From the IMG/VR virus record IMGVR_UViG_2974597248_000001, positions 49,479 to 113,478 of that record: a stretch of 64,000 nt of DNA. One strand, written 5' to 3'. Shown here piece by piece: positions 62,425 through 64,000 of this stretch. The notes beneath the pieces are model-generated. The model was not told the origin of the DNA. It did no database searches and saw only the letters and a list, made by a program, of their open reading frames with translations. Positions within the stretch are counted from its first letter, which is position 1. Every line of letters starts with the position of its first letter. The translations under genes and the position numbers were made by a program. This stretch comes from a virus. Its lineage: Duplodnaviria; Heunggongvirae; Uroviricota; Caudoviricetes; Demerecviridae.

Positions 62425-62464
62425 CTGTATATTTATACAGTAGGATAAGCTGTGGATAAGTCTG
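62425..62464. repeat. right 40-bp perfect inverted repeat (DnaA box TGTGGATAA at 62451-62459)
   Basis: Exact reverse complement of 60210-60249. Confidence 0.9.
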
Positions 62465-62523
62465 TGCAAAAGTCCCCATATCGCCGCCTATCGTGTCAAA
62501 TTATTTTACAAAATGTATAAGTC

Positions 62524-62532
62524 TGTGGATAA
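62524..62532 (-). promoter_or_regulatory. additional consensus DnaA box (TGTGGATAA) outside the right inverted repeat
   Basis: 9/9 match to TTATCCACA on the minus strand, in a second ATAAGTCTGTG context. Confidence 0.5.
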
Positions 62533-62723
62533 CTTAAATGATAGTGATTCTCACTAATTAATTTATGTAGTTATTATATCGTAAAATATAGTTAGTTGCC
62601 TAATAGGTTTTTAGAGTGATTATGAGTCAGCTAATTAAACCTGAAAAACTCATTAGCTAGTCTGCTAATCATTTTGATATAATATAATAGAGATTAAAGT
62701 AATAACATAAGGAAACTATAACA

Positions 62724-63245
62724 ATGGGTAAATATAAAGAAATTAATTATAATGATATAAAAGATCACGTATATTATGATGAATCGTCGCCATCATTTCT
62801 ACGATGGAAAGTAACGCGGGATAATATTTCAGCAGGTGATATTGCCGGTTGTATTAATTCCAGTGGTTATTATATCGTAACTATTAATAACGTTAGTTAC
62901 CGAGTACATCGTATCATATGGGTATTATTTCATAAAGAAATAGATAGCAATCTAACAATCGATCATATTGATCGTAACCGCGCTAATAATAACATTAAAA
63001 ACTTACGCCTTGTTACTCATTCGCAGAATTGTAGTAACAAGGGTGATAGTTTGCGTGCTAATGGTTTACCTAGAAATATTTCATATCATTCTAATAATCG
63101 TGTTGATAGTAACGGGCGTAAATATATGACGGCTATGTTTCGAGTGCCTAATAGTAACAAGCGTGTTAGTAAGTCTGGTTATGATTTACAAGAGTTATTA
63201 TTATGGCTTGAAACTAAAAAAGCTGAATTTGGAATTGTCAATTAA
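62724..63245 (+). CDS. HNH homing endonuclease
   Basis: IDHIDRNRANNNIKNLRLVTHSQN HNH motif plus an AP2-like region; an A+T-rich promoter-like sequence lies upstream. Confidence 0.65.
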   Translation: MGKYKEINYNDIKDHVYYDESSPSFLRWKVTRDNISAGDIAGCINSSGYYIVTINNVSYRVHRIIWVLFHKEIDSNLTIDHIDRNRANNNIKNLRLVTHSQNCSNKGDSLRANGLPRNISYHSNNRVDSNGRKYMTAMFRVPNSNKRVSKSGYDLQELLLWLETKKAEFGIVN

Positions 63246-63758
63246 TTAATTTAATAAATTAAGTCATTTGATCTTGATTTTTAAAAGTCAAGACCTTTTC
63301 TAACTTTATTTCAATTTTGCTTTTGTTAAATATTTGTTAAGTCCAATTTAAGGCATCTAGAACGCATTCTAAGCGCCTTAAAAACTAACCTAAGCAAGTG
63401 CATCGCTTATACGCCTTTATCGCCATCAGGAGGATTCTAGATTTTGTCAATACCCCCAAAGCAAATAAAAATGAAAAATTTACTTGCCTATCTGCTATGT
63501 TTTGTGGTATTCGCGCGCCCGTTTCTTTTAATTTTAATGCGCCGCGCCCAGGTCGCCGCATGGTGTCCGGTGGCGTTTGTCTTTACATTTCTTTACAAAA
63601 ATAAGGTTGCGCCTTTTTCGTTGTTTGTTATTATTTATCTCGTAGGGCGGCAATGACGAACTACACGGCGGGAAGTTTACCGCCGCGCTCTTTAAAAATT
63701 GGGTATATCTTAAAGCCTATCGGCGGTAAACTTATCTATTATATAAGGAATCGACGAT

Positions 63759-63962
63759 ATGAAACAAACTTTATTGATCACTGGTAAACCTAGCAAGGCA
63801 CTGGATAGCAAAACAAAAAATTTATTGACAGTAGCGCAAAGATCGGTAAAATATCGATTTGAGCAGTACAAGAAAGGCCGCCAGCAAGGACTAGAAATGA
63901 TCTGGCGAAATATTATGATTGACCTGAAGGAAAATCATAAAAAACTGCAAAAAATAGTTTGA
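63759..63962 (+). CDS. hypothetical protein
   Basis: 67 aa. Confidence 0.35.
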   Translation: MKQTLLITGKPSKALDSKTKNLLTVAQRSVKYRFEQYKKGRQQGLEMIWRNIMIDLKENHKKLQKIV

Positions 63963-64000
63963 CAACCTAGCCGATAGGCTTTAAGATGTACCCAGTTCGA

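Overview
This window looks like the early (nucleotide-metabolism and replication) region of a T5-like coliphage (Tequintavirus), read in reverse relative to the usual T5 map, followed by about 5 kb of non-coding repeat DNA that I read as the terminal-repeat / injection-stop boundary. The phage call rests on several direct observations: an endolysin of 137 aa (L-Ala-D-Glu peptidase type), a holin of 218 aa, a dNMP kinase of 250 aa, several T5orf172-domain proteins, a split NAD-dependent ligase, a large tRNA cluster, and about 30 copies of a T5-early-style sigma70 promoter (TTGCTA-17-TATAAT followed by TCATAAATTGATGAGAGG). The gene order is as follows. From 0 to 17 kb, on the minus strand: a helicase-like ATPase, a triple-HTH DNA-binding protein, the two ligase halves, a 927-aa P-loop protein, a Sir2/HAD operon, nrdD, and T5orf172-domain proteins. 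From 17 to 30 kb, on the plus strand: phoH, nrdA, an HNH homing endonuclease, nrdB, frd, td, a GIY-YIG endonuclease, rnh, a NADAR protein, a SleB-like hydrolase and a YqeY-like protein. From 30.8 to 40.9 kb: about 26 tRNA genes mixed with small ORFs, promoters and structured non-coding RNA, then a GrcA-like protein. From 41 to 58.7 kb: small membrane ORFs, a spanin pair, dnk, a ClpP-like protease, holin, endolysin, thioredoxin, two phosphoesterases, two HNH endonucleases (one carrying an in-frame stop), and a T5orf172 paralog pair flanking a cassette. From 58.7 to 64 kb: a consensus promoter with no ORF, nine iterons of GTCGGATT(T/C)GCACA, a G-depleted tract, a palindromic tandem array, and a 2.25-kb segment bounded by perfect 40-bp inverted repeats that carry DnaA boxes. 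Exact tRNA boundaries, anticodons and some gene starts were derived by hand folding and should be verified with software.
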